From: Thermoanaerobaculia bacterium
GTDB taxonomy: Bacteria > Acidobacteriota > Thermoanaerobaculia > Multivoradales > Multivoraceae
Assembly (NCBI GenBank): GCA_963666565.1
Contig: OY762911.1
Coordinates: 2,528,001-2,592,000, forward strand
Direction of reading: 5' to 3'
DNA length: 64,000 nt
A model generated the notes under the pieces. That model saw only the letters and a program-made list of their open reading frames with translations. It was not told where the DNA came from and did not search any database. A program made the translations under genes and the position numbers. This document shows, one piece after another, positions 9,655 to 20,729 of the stretch. The stretch's first letter is position 1, and each line of letters begins with the position of its first letter.

Positions 9655-10806
9655 GTGACGCCACTCGCCCTTCGGGAACACGTCGCCGAGCCGGCGAACC
9701 TCTGGATCCGCCACGGCTTCTCCCGCTGGCCTTGGCCCGGCGGCGAAGACCTCTGGTGCGACCTCGCGACCGGCGGCCTGGGGCCGTCCGCTGCCGGCGG
9801 CCAGAGACCGTCCGCCGTCCGGCCGTCGTTCGTCGACGCCGAGGCGGTCGACCTTGTGCGCTCAGCGACCGACGTCGTCTACGTTCCGCCCCTGCCGGCC
9901 GACCGCGAGTCACTCCGCGCAGCGATCGTCGAAGCGGCGAGCGCCTCCGGCGCGCCCCTTCTGATCCAGACCGTAGCCGACGGCCTGCCGGTTGCGCCGG
10001 ACTCCGGCCGGTACCTTCGTGAGCTTCCCGGCGCCGCGTCGGTGCAACCGATACTTGGGGCGACCGACTCCGGGCCGTCACCTGGCCCGACCGACTCCGG
10101 GCCGTCGCCCGGTTCGACCGAAGCCGAGCCGTCCCCTGGTTCGACCGACGCCGGGCCGCCGCCCAACGTCGTCGTCGCCATCGACCTGCTCGACAGCCTG
10201 GTTCGCCACGCCGCGACGCTGCGGGAGGAGTTCAAGGAGAACCGTCAGCCGAGCCTCCCCTTGGAGCCTCCGCCGCTGCAGGACGCGACCCTGGTGTGGC
10301 CTCTCGTCACCGGCTGGACGGACCAGCCGGGCATCCTGGAATCGGCCATGGCCCGCTTGGCGGCTGCGGGCGCGCGCCGCGTCGTCCCGCGCGCGATGGC
10401 GCTCGACGCCCGCGACCGCCGCCTGCTCGCCGGACATCTCCAGACGACCTGGCCCGAGGCGTTCGACGCCCTCTTCCACGGCGACGAGTCGCCGCCCGAT
10501 GCGCCGGCCTTCCGCGGCGCCGCCGAAGCCGCGGGCCTGGAATTTCGCCTGCCGCGGCCGCTGCCGGCGCCGCCGCTGCCGGCAAGACTTCGCCTCGCCC
10601 GCGAGCTGGCCGGCCACCTGATCGAACTCGGCGACGCCGCCGCCACCGGCGGCGACGCCTGCTACCGTGCCGCCCGCTTCCTCGACCGCGACGAAGTCGA
10701 CATCGAAGCCGCCGCCCGCGAAGGGAACCTCGGCGTCCTGCCGTGGCTGGAGGCGCCGGCGAAGCGGGCGGCGGAACGGTGGCTGGCCTCGCGCCACCGA
10801 CACTGA
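9655..10806 (+). CDS. hypothetical protein: degenerate SPL-type radical-SAM-like domain plus C-terminal PolX-like HhH domain
   Basis: 'SATDVVYVP...LRAAIVE...GAPLLIQT' and 'WPLVTGWTD...LAAAGA' resemble the SPL/Rv2578c family. The C-terminal 'YRAARFLD..EVDIEAAAREGNLGVLPWL' resembles HHH_8. TAACGT lies 6 nt before the GTG. Confidence 0.6.
   Translation: MTPLALREHVAEPANLWIRHGFSRWPWPGGEDLWCDLATGGLGPSAAGGQRPSAVRPSFVDAEAVDLVRSATDVVYVPPLPADRESLRAAIVEAASASGAPLLIQTVADGLPVAPDSGRYLRELPGAASVQPILGATDSGPSPGPTDSGPSPGSTEAEPSPGSTDAGPPPNVVVAIDLLDSLVRHAATLREEFKENRQPSLPLEPPPLQDATLVWPLVTGWTDQPGILESAMARLAAAGARRVVPRAMALDARDRRLLAGHLQTTWPEAFDALFHGDESPPDAPAFRGAAEAAGLEFRLPRPLPAPPLPARLRLARELAGHLIELGDAAATGGDACYRAARFLDRDEVDIEAAAREGNLGVLPWLEAPAKRAAERWLASRHRH
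10060..10164 (+). repeat. 27-bp coding tandem repeat, about 4 copies (xTDSGPSPG)
   Basis: Units at 10060, 10087, 10114 and 10141 encode ATDSGPSPG / PTDSGPSPG / STEAEPSPG / STDAGPPP. Confidence 0.9.
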
Positions 10807-10909
10807 AGCCGATACGAACGGGAGTGTCGCCGGCGTTCAGCCCCCGTCCGCGACGCTCGACATCCTGTGTCCGTTGGCCGCAGCCTCCCCGGCGCCGCCG
10901 CCTACTCCT

Positions 10910-11491
10910 TCAGGTGCCGGTCGCGACCGTGTACGTCAGCGCGGCGAGAATCAGCGTGTTGAAGGCCATGATGCCGCCGAAGGTCCACTTCAGCGTGCCC
11001 AACTGTCCTGCCAGCCCCGCGGTCTGCCCCGCGACGCCCGCGATCTTCCCCTCGACCCCCGCGATCTGCCCTTCGACCCCCGCGATCTGCCCTTCGACCC
11101 CCGCGATCTTCCCCTCGACTGAGGCGAAGCGGGCGTCCATCTCGCCCTTCAACTCCGCGAAGCGGGCGTCGACCTGGGCGAACCGGGCGTCGACCTGCGA
11201 GAATCGGGCATCCATTTCGCCCCTGAACTCCGCCCGGTCCTGGGCCCGTTGCGCGTCGTGACGCTCCAGCATCGCCTTGAACCGGGCGTCCGCTTCCGCC
11301 CGGTCCTGTGCCCGCTGCGCGTCGTGACGCTCCAGCATCGCCTTGAACCGCGCGTCCGCTTCCGCTCTCGTCATCATCGGCGCCGCCTGTTCATCCAGCA
11401 GATCGACCAGCGTCTCCGCCACCGGGCGATCCATGCCCGCGTCGGTCAGTGCCTTGCGTCTGGCGGACGCCTGTCCGGTGGTCCACGTCAT
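10910..11491 (-). CDS. DUF1640/CCDC90-like coiled-coil protein with C-terminal membrane anchor and internal tandem repeats
   Basis: N-terminal 'ALTDAGMDRPVAETLV', heptad repeats, terminal 'LKWTFGGIMAFNTLILAAL'. A GGAG RBS-like sequence precedes ATG 11491. Confidence 0.7.
   Translation of the reverse strand: MTWTTGQASARRKALTDAGMDRPVAETLVDLLDEQAAPMMTRAEADARFKAMLERHDAQRAQDRAEADARFKAMLERHDAQRAQDRAEFRGEMDARFSQVDARFAQVDARFAELKGEMDARFASVEGKIAGVEGQIAGVEGQIAGVEGKIAGVAGQTAGLAGQLGTLKWTFGGIMAFNTLILAALTYTVATGT
11015..11365 (-). repeat. nested coding repeats: 66-bp x2, 21-bp (M/V)DARFxx x4 and 21-bp VEG(K/Q)IAG-type x5
   Basis: AEADARFKAMLERHDAQRAQDR at 11365-11300 and 11299-11234; VEGKIAG-type units at 11119-11015. 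Confidence 0.9.
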
Positions 11492-11762
11492 CTCCGTTCC
11501 TGAAATCTCAGCTCTCGTCATCGTCAGCCCCCAACTCGCTCGATCATTCTGCGCCGGGCGGCCGCGACGACAGAGGAAAGGGTACAACAGGCCCCGGCGC
11601 CGGGCCCCGGGGACACGGCCTTCTGCCGGTCCTCAAGGACTAGGACGGATTCCGGCGCCGAGAGCCGGATTCGGGAGCTTCCGCCGCGGCGCGAGTGCCA
11701 GGCCGCGAGTGTTGGTGCACGGGCTTTCTGATCCGCTGTCGCCGCAGGACGCCCGCGGCAAC

Positions 11763-12126
11763 CGGCTGCCGGAAGTTCCCGGCGCCCGCGCCTTTGTCGA
11801 CTGGCTCGTCGCCCGGCCGGACGTCGCCGTCGGCATCGCCACCGGCGGCTGGAAGGAAACCGCCGCGATGAAGCTGCAGGCCGTCGGCCTCGATCCCGAG
11901 ACCCTGAACCTCGCCTCCGGTTCGGACGCCGAAAGCCGGGTCGAGATCATGCGCGTCGCGGCCGAGCGCACCTTGGCGGGCAGATCAGCCAACGGGAAGA
12001 CCTACTTCGGCAACCGTCCGTGGGATCGGGAAGCCAGTCGCGAGTTGGACTGGCGCTTCATCGGCATCGGCTCGGATGTCGAACACACGACCCGGTTCGA
12101 CGACTTTCTCGATCACGAGTCCATCT
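11763..12126 (+). pseudogene. 5'-truncated HAD-family hydrolase remnant
   Basis: 'EVPGARAFV', motif II 'GIATGG', motif IV 'YFGNRPWD' (GD changed to GN). No DxD motif I and no credible start upstream. Boundaries are approximate. Confidence 0.65.
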
Positions 12127-12300
12127 GGAAAAGTGCTCAATCTGCCGTCGGACAAGGGTTGGCCTGCAGGCGGTCGCAGGGCTTGGTGACAGGGCGGCCA
12201 ATGGCGTCGGGCCTGTCCCGGTGCCTCGCCGGCGGCTCACCGGGTGGTGCGGCGGAAGTGCCTTTGGTTCATGATCCGTGTGATGAACTGGTTCCCGGCT

Positions 12301-12912
12301 TTACCGTGACCCGCCGCTCTTCGACACCGCCGTTGCCAGCTTCCAGTTCTGTTCGCTGGGGTCGTAGACGATGACGCCCTTACGCTTCAGATGTAGCTGC
12401 GCGTGACGAAACCGACGCTGCCACGCCTTACCGTAGGGCTCACCCTTGATGAAGAAGAGCTCGCTGTCATCGCACAGGGCGGGAAGCAGCGATTTCACTT
12501 CCTGCTGCATCGCCTTTGTCTTCTTCGGACCCCGTCTGAGGATGAACTCAATGGTCTCACCGAACACGGCATGGGCGCTGCGGTTGCCCACTTGGGCGGC
12601 CGCGAACGTTGGTTGCGCTTTACGCATGGCCTTGTCGAACTTCTTCCTCGCACCCTGTCCAGCGCTGCTCATCGACTCGGAGTGAGCTTGACGAAGCTCA
12701 GTCTCCAGTTGGACGAGGCCAGTGATCGTCTCGACATCGACCTCGCTGCCGAGACGGGCGAACTCCAGCATGTCGTGGCGTACTTTCCGCACCAGCGCGT
12801 CCTGCTCAAGAAGGACGCCGTACTCGATGTTCCGGTCCAATGCGGCGAGGTCCTGCCGCCAACTCCCCGCAAGCAACCGAACCGCCGGAGTGTGTTCAAT
12901 CACCTTGACCAT
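12301..12912 (-). pseudogene. PLD-like nuclease/winged-helix (Mrr-N-like) gene with the catalytic core apparently deleted
   Basis: 'RNIEYGVLL' is typical of the end of a PLD domain but appears only 26 aa after the start, and there is no HxK motif. The C-terminal 'WQRRFRHAQLHLKRKGVI..D....WKL' is wHTH-like. The DNA is more AT-rich than its flanks. Confidence 0.55.
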
Positions 12913-13054
12913 TCTGGCCGCAGCGACCGCAGGAGCCAAGTGCCGGGTGCCGTCTGTTGTCCTCGATTCACACGAATCCCGTGTGGCGTTGGTTCGTGAT
13001 GTGAGCGGGGCATTGGCGAAACGTAGTCAACGAGTGGGTTCAAGCAAGAGTCGG

Positions 13055-14542
<1,488 letters not shown>

Positions 14543-14556
14543 CCGCTACGTCCCGG

Positions 14557-15549
14557 TCAGGCGGCGGGGGACGCCGGCGAACCGCAGGACGAGGACGGCC
14601 GCCGCCACAGTTCCTCGTCGTCCAGCAGGCCGCGGAGGAGCCGCGCCACCTGCCCGGCGGCGCCGGCGCCGACTCTCAGCACGTCCTCGTGGTCGAGGTG
14701 GGCGCCCTCCATGCCGGCCGCCATGTTCGTGACCAGCGAGAAGCCGAGCACGCGGAGCCCCATGTGGCGGGCGGCGATGACTTCCTGCACCGTCGACATG
14801 CCGACCAGGTCGCCGCCCAGGGCGCGGTAGGCGCGAATCTCGGCGGGCGTTTCGTAGGACGGGCCGAGCAGGCCGACGTAGACCCCCTCGTGGACGCGGA
14901 TTCCCGCTTCGCGGCCGATGTCGACCAGGCGGCGCCGCAGGTCGGCGTCGTAGGCGTCGCACAGGTCGGGGAACTGCGGTCCCCACGCGGCCGGCGGCTG
15001 CCCCCGCAGCGGGTTGTGGCCGGTCAGGTTGAGGTGGTCGGAGATCGCCACGATCGACCCCTCGGGCAGATCCCGTCGGAGCGACCCGGCGGCGTTCCCG
15101 ACGACCAGCGCGCCGGCCCCGAGCAGCGCCCCGAGGCGGACCAGGAAGACGACCTCGGCCGGCGTGCAGCCCTGGTACAGGTGGAGCCGGCCGCGGCTCA
15201 CCAGCAGGTGGCGTCCCGCGGCCGTCGCCGCGACCTCCACGGTGCCGGCGTGGCCCTGGATCGGCTCGGGGTGGAAGGGCAGGAACTCGGCGAACGGCCA
15301 CGGCCCGGCGACCGGTGACCCGAGGTCGACCTCGATGCCGGAGCCGGTGATCAGCACCGCGTCGGGCGCCGGCCAGCCGGCGTCCAGCCACCGGCGCCGG
15401 CGGGCTTCGATTTCCGCCGCCAGACCGTCGTCGTGGGCGTGCGGGAGGGGTGGCCGCTGCGCACCGTGCGACGAGCCGCTGCCCCCGTCGTCGTGGGCGT
15501 GCGGGAGGTGTTCGGCCGGCCGGGCGGGGATGCGGCTATCCTCTGACAC
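14557..15549 (-). CDS. punA: purine-nucleoside phosphorylase (trimeric PunA/XapA type)
   Basis: 'ITGSG', 'GHAG', 'GRLHLYQG', 'GPSYETPAE', 'VGMSTV.E', 'SLVTNMAAG', 'HEDVL'. Start uncertain because of a duplicated His-containing N-terminal extension. Confidence 0.9.
   Translation of the reverse strand: MSEDSRIPARPAEHLPHAHDDGGSGSSHGAQRPPLPHAHDDGLAAEIEARRRRWLDAGWPAPDAVLITGSGIEVDLGSPVAGPWPFAEFLPFHPEPIQGHAGTVEVAATAAGRHLLVSRGRLHLYQGCTPAEVVFLVRLGALLGAGALVVGNAAGSLRRDLPEGSIVAISDHLNLTGHNPLRGQPPAAWGPQFPDLCDAYDADLRRRLVDIGREAGIRVHEGVYVGLLGPSYETPAEIRAYRALGGDLVGMSTVQEVIAARHMGLRVLGFSLVTNMAAGMEGAHLDHEDVLRVGAGAAGQVARLLRGLLDDEELWRRPSSSCGSPASPAA
15425..15508. repeat. 24-bp perfect direct repeat with 60-bp period in the punA 5' end
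   Basis: CCGTCGTCGTGGGCGTGCGGGAGG at 15425-15448 and 15485-15508 (LPHAHDDG twice). Confidence 0.9.
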
Positions 15550-15667
15550 GTTCCGGCGGTCTTCTGGAGATCGGGTGCGGCTCGGCCCTTCGGGCGGCGC
15601 CGGCGTTCTGGCCGGGACACTACACGACGGGCGCGGCTCGGGCGGGGCCCGGAAAGGGGGAACGGTC

Positions 15668-16219
15668 TTGGCATCGGGACAGGAACCGCGCGAGCTGATT
15701 TCGAGGGAGGAGCTCGACCGCCGGGTCGACGAACTGGCGGCCGAGATCGAGCGGGACTACGCCGACAGCGAGGATCTGCTCTGCGTCGGCGTGCTGAAAG
15801 GGTCCGTCTTCTTCATGGCCGACCTCGTGCGGCGGCTTTCCCGGCCGCTCGTCCTCGACTTCTTTCAGACCTCAAGCTACCGGGGCGAGACGACCGTGCC
15901 CGGCGAAGTCCGGATCCGGCGCGACCTCGACCACGCCCTGGCCGGCCGCGACGTCCTGCTGATCGAGGACATCGTGGACACCGGCTACACGATGCGGACG
16001 ATCATGGCGCTGATGGGATTCAGGGGCGCCCGTTCCGTGCGGCTCTGCGTTCTGCTCGACAAGGCATGCAAGCGGGAGACGCCGATCGAGATCCACTACC
16101 GAGGCTTCGAGGTGGACGACGTGTTCCTCGTCGGCTACGGCCTGGACTACGACGACCGCTACCGCAACCTGCCCTACATCGGGGTGCTGGGCGAGTCGGA
16201 GGCGGCGCCGGGCGACTGA
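15668..16219 (+). CDS. hpt: hypoxanthine phosphoribosyltransferase
   Basis: 'GVLKGS..FMADL', 'VLLIEDIVDTGYT', 'LLDK', 'FLVGYGLDY...YRNLPYI'. TTG start after a G-rich RBS. Confidence 0.95.
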   Translation: MASGQEPRELISREELDRRVDELAAEIERDYADSEDLLCVGVLKGSVFFMADLVRRLSRPLVLDFFQTSSYRGETTVPGEVRIRRDLDHALAGRDVLLIEDIVDTGYTMRTIMALMGFRGARSVRLCVLLDKACKRETPIEIHYRGFEVDDVFLVGYGLDYDDRYRNLPYIGVLGESEAAPGD

Positions 16220-16244
16220 CGACCGGGGATAGCCTCGCGCCGCT

Positions 16245-17450
16245 GTGGGATTCGTCTGGCACATAGCCGTCAGGTACTTCCGCTCGACGCGCGCCGACGC
16301 GCACATTCGGGCGCTGTCCACCCTGACCGCCGGCGGCCTGGCGGTCGGCACGGCGGCGCTGGTCCTGGCGCTGGCGGCGCTCGCGGGCTTCCAGAGCCAC
16401 GTTCTGGAGGAACTGGCGCAACATACGCCCGCGCTGCAGATCGAACTCGCCGGCGACGGCGCCGCCGGCCCCGCGGGCGCGACGGATCCGGCCCGCGGCC
16501 TGGCCGAGCTGGCGGCCGCGACGAACGGCGTCGCCGGCGTTCAGGAACTGCTCTACGCCCAGGGCTGGCTGGCCGCCGGCGAGCGTCTCTTCGCGGTCGG
16601 GGTGCTCGGCTACGAGCGGGCGCCGCCGCCCTGGATCCCGGTCGACGGGGAAGCCGCCTCCGGCCTGATCGTGCCCGTCTCCGTCGCTCTGCGGATGGGG
16701 CTCGCGGTGGGCGACCAAGTGCGCGTCGTGTCGCCCCGGCCGGGGCTGACGCCGGTCGGGCCCCAGCCGCGAACCCGCACGCTGCCGGTCGACCTGATCT
16801 ACGGCTCGGGCCGGGCGGACGACGAGGACGATCCGGTGCTGCTGCCGTTGGAACGGGCCGCCGCCCTGTTCGCGCGCGGCGACCGGCGGCTGGACCTGAC
16901 GCTGGCGCCGGGCGCGGACCCGGAGGAGATCGGCGCCTTCCTGCGCCGGGGCATCGACCCGGCGGCGGCGACGGTGACGACCTGGAGGGAGGCCAACCGG
17001 GCGCTCCTGTTCGTGCTGCGGCTGGAGAAGGGCCTCGTCTTCTCGGCGGTGGCGCTGATCGTCGCGGTCGCCTCGTTCGCCCTGCTGGCGGCCCTGTCCA
17101 TGGTGCTCTCGAGCAAGCGCTCGGAGATCGGCGTGCTGGCGGCGATGGGCGCGCCTCCGGGCCGGCTGCAGCGGGTGTTCCTCCTGCTCGGCGCCCTGCT
17201 GTCGGTCGGCGGCGCCGGCCTCGGCGGCGCGGCCGGCGCCGCGCTCGCGGCCTTCCTCGACCGCTATCGGATCATCTCCACGCCCTCCGACGTGTACGTC
17301 GTGGACTACGTGCCGTTCCTGGTCCGCGGCGCGGACGTGCTCGTCGTGCTGGGCGTGACCGTCCTGTTCACCGCCGCGGCCGCCGCGGTCGGGGCGCGCA
17401 AGGCGAGCCTCCTGGACCCGGTCGAGGCGATGAGGAGCGCGCGCACGTGA
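16245..17450 (+). CDS. lolC: lipoprotein-releasing ABC transporter permease (LolC/E/F family)
   Basis: 'IAVRYFRS', 'GLAVGTAAL', 'TWREAN..L...LRLEK', 'EIGVLAAMGA', 'DPVEAMR'. Overlaps the lolD start. Confidence 0.85.
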   Translation: MGFVWHIAVRYFRSTRADAHIRALSTLTAGGLAVGTAALVLALAALAGFQSHVLEELAQHTPALQIELAGDGAAGPAGATDPARGLAELAAATNGVAGVQELLYAQGWLAAGERLFAVGVLGYERAPPPWIPVDGEAASGLIVPVSVALRMGLAVGDQVRVVSPRPGLTPVGPQPRTRTLPVDLIYGSGRADDEDDPVLLPLERAAALFARGDRRLDLTLAPGADPEEIGAFLRRGIDPAAATVTTWREANRALLFVLRLEKGLVFSAVALIVAVASFALLAALSMVLSSKRSEIGVLAAMGAPPGRLQRVFLLLGALLSVGGAGLGGAAGAALAAFLDRYRIISTPSDVYVVDYVPFLVRGADVLVVLGVTVLFTAAAAAVGARKASLLDPVEAMRSART

Positions 17451-18118
17451 TCGCGGTGTCGGGCGTGACCAGGGCCTACCGCGACGGCGCGGTCCGGCGG
17501 CAGGTGCTGCGAGGCGTGGACCTCCGCCTCGCGCGCGGCGAGACGGCGGCGATCGTCGGTCCGTCCGGCTCGGGCAAGTCGACGCTGCTCAACATCCTGG
17601 GCGCGCTCGACACGCCGGACGCCGGCTCGGTCCGCATCGACGGCGTCGATCTGACCGCGTCGAAGCCCTCGGCGCTGGCGGGGTTCCGCAACCGGTCGCT
17701 GGGCTTCGTCTTCCAGTTCCACCAGTTGCTGCCGGACTTCACCGCGCTTGAGAACGTGATGATGCCGGGCCGGATCGCGGGCCGCCCGAGTTCGCCTCTC
17801 CGGGCCGGGGCGCTGGCGCTGCTGGAGCGGGTCGGCCTCGCCGACCGCGCCGGCGACTTTCCGCAGCAGCTCTCCGGCGGCGAGCGGCAGCGGATCGCGA
17901 TCTGCCGGGCCCTGGTGCTGGAGCCGGCGGTGCTGCTGGCCGACGAACCGACCGGCAACCTGGACGCGAAGAGCGGCGAGCGGGTGCTGGAACTGATGGA
18001 CGCGCTGCGGTGCCGCCGCGACACGACGATGGTCCTGGTGACCCACAACCCGGAGGTGGCGAAGCGTTGCGGCCGGGTGCTGCGTCTCGACGGCGGCCGG
18101 CTGACGGCTCTCTCATAG
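17447..18118 (+). CDS. lolD: lipoprotein-releasing ABC transporter ATPase
   Basis: 'GPSGSGKSTLL', 'GFVFQFHQLLPDFTALENV', 'LSGGERQR', 'LADEPTGNLD'. Confidence 0.9.
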   Translation: MIAVSGVTRAYRDGAVRRQVLRGVDLRLARGETAAIVGPSGSGKSTLLNILGALDTPDAGSVRIDGVDLTASKPSALAGFRNRSLGFVFQFHQLLPDFTALENVMMPGRIAGRPSSPLRAGALALLERVGLADRAGDFPQQLSGGERQRIAICRALVLEPAVLLADEPTGNLDAKSGERVLELMDALRCRRDTTMVLVTHNPEVAKRCGRVLRLDGGRLTALS

Positions 18119-18122
18119 CGCC

Positions 18123-18152
18123 CCGAAACGCCTCGCCGGCTCGGCGTTTCGG
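18123..18152 (+). terminator. 10-bp perfect hairpin after lolD (possible terminator or stabiliser)
   Basis: CCGAAACGCC-N10-GGCGTTTCGG. There is no U-tract, so its role is uncertain. Confidence 0.4.
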
Positions 18153-18220
18153 CCCAGCCCGTCCTGAGTCCATGAGCTCGTGGCCATCCTTGCTTCGCTG
18201 CGTTCCGGCCCGCAAACTCG

Positions 18221-18226
18221 TAAACT
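18221..18226 (+). promoter_or_regulatory. -10 box TAAACT, probable leaderless clpC promoter
   Basis: TAnnnT 7 nt before GTG 18234; no SD. Confidence 0.5.
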
Positions 18227-18233
18227 CCGGTCC

Positions 18234-20715
<2,482 letters not shown>

Positions 20716-20729
<14 letters not shown>

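Noticed and set aside
12301-12912. PLD remnant as the missing DISARM drmC
   Set aside because: It is about 46 kb away and has a different layout (N-terminal PLD remnant plus C-terminal wHTH). Nothing links it to drmAB.
12403-12999. 198-aa plus-strand ORF as the real gene
   Set aside because: It is antisense to the frame carrying recognisable PLD-end and wHTH motifs, and has no motifs of its own.
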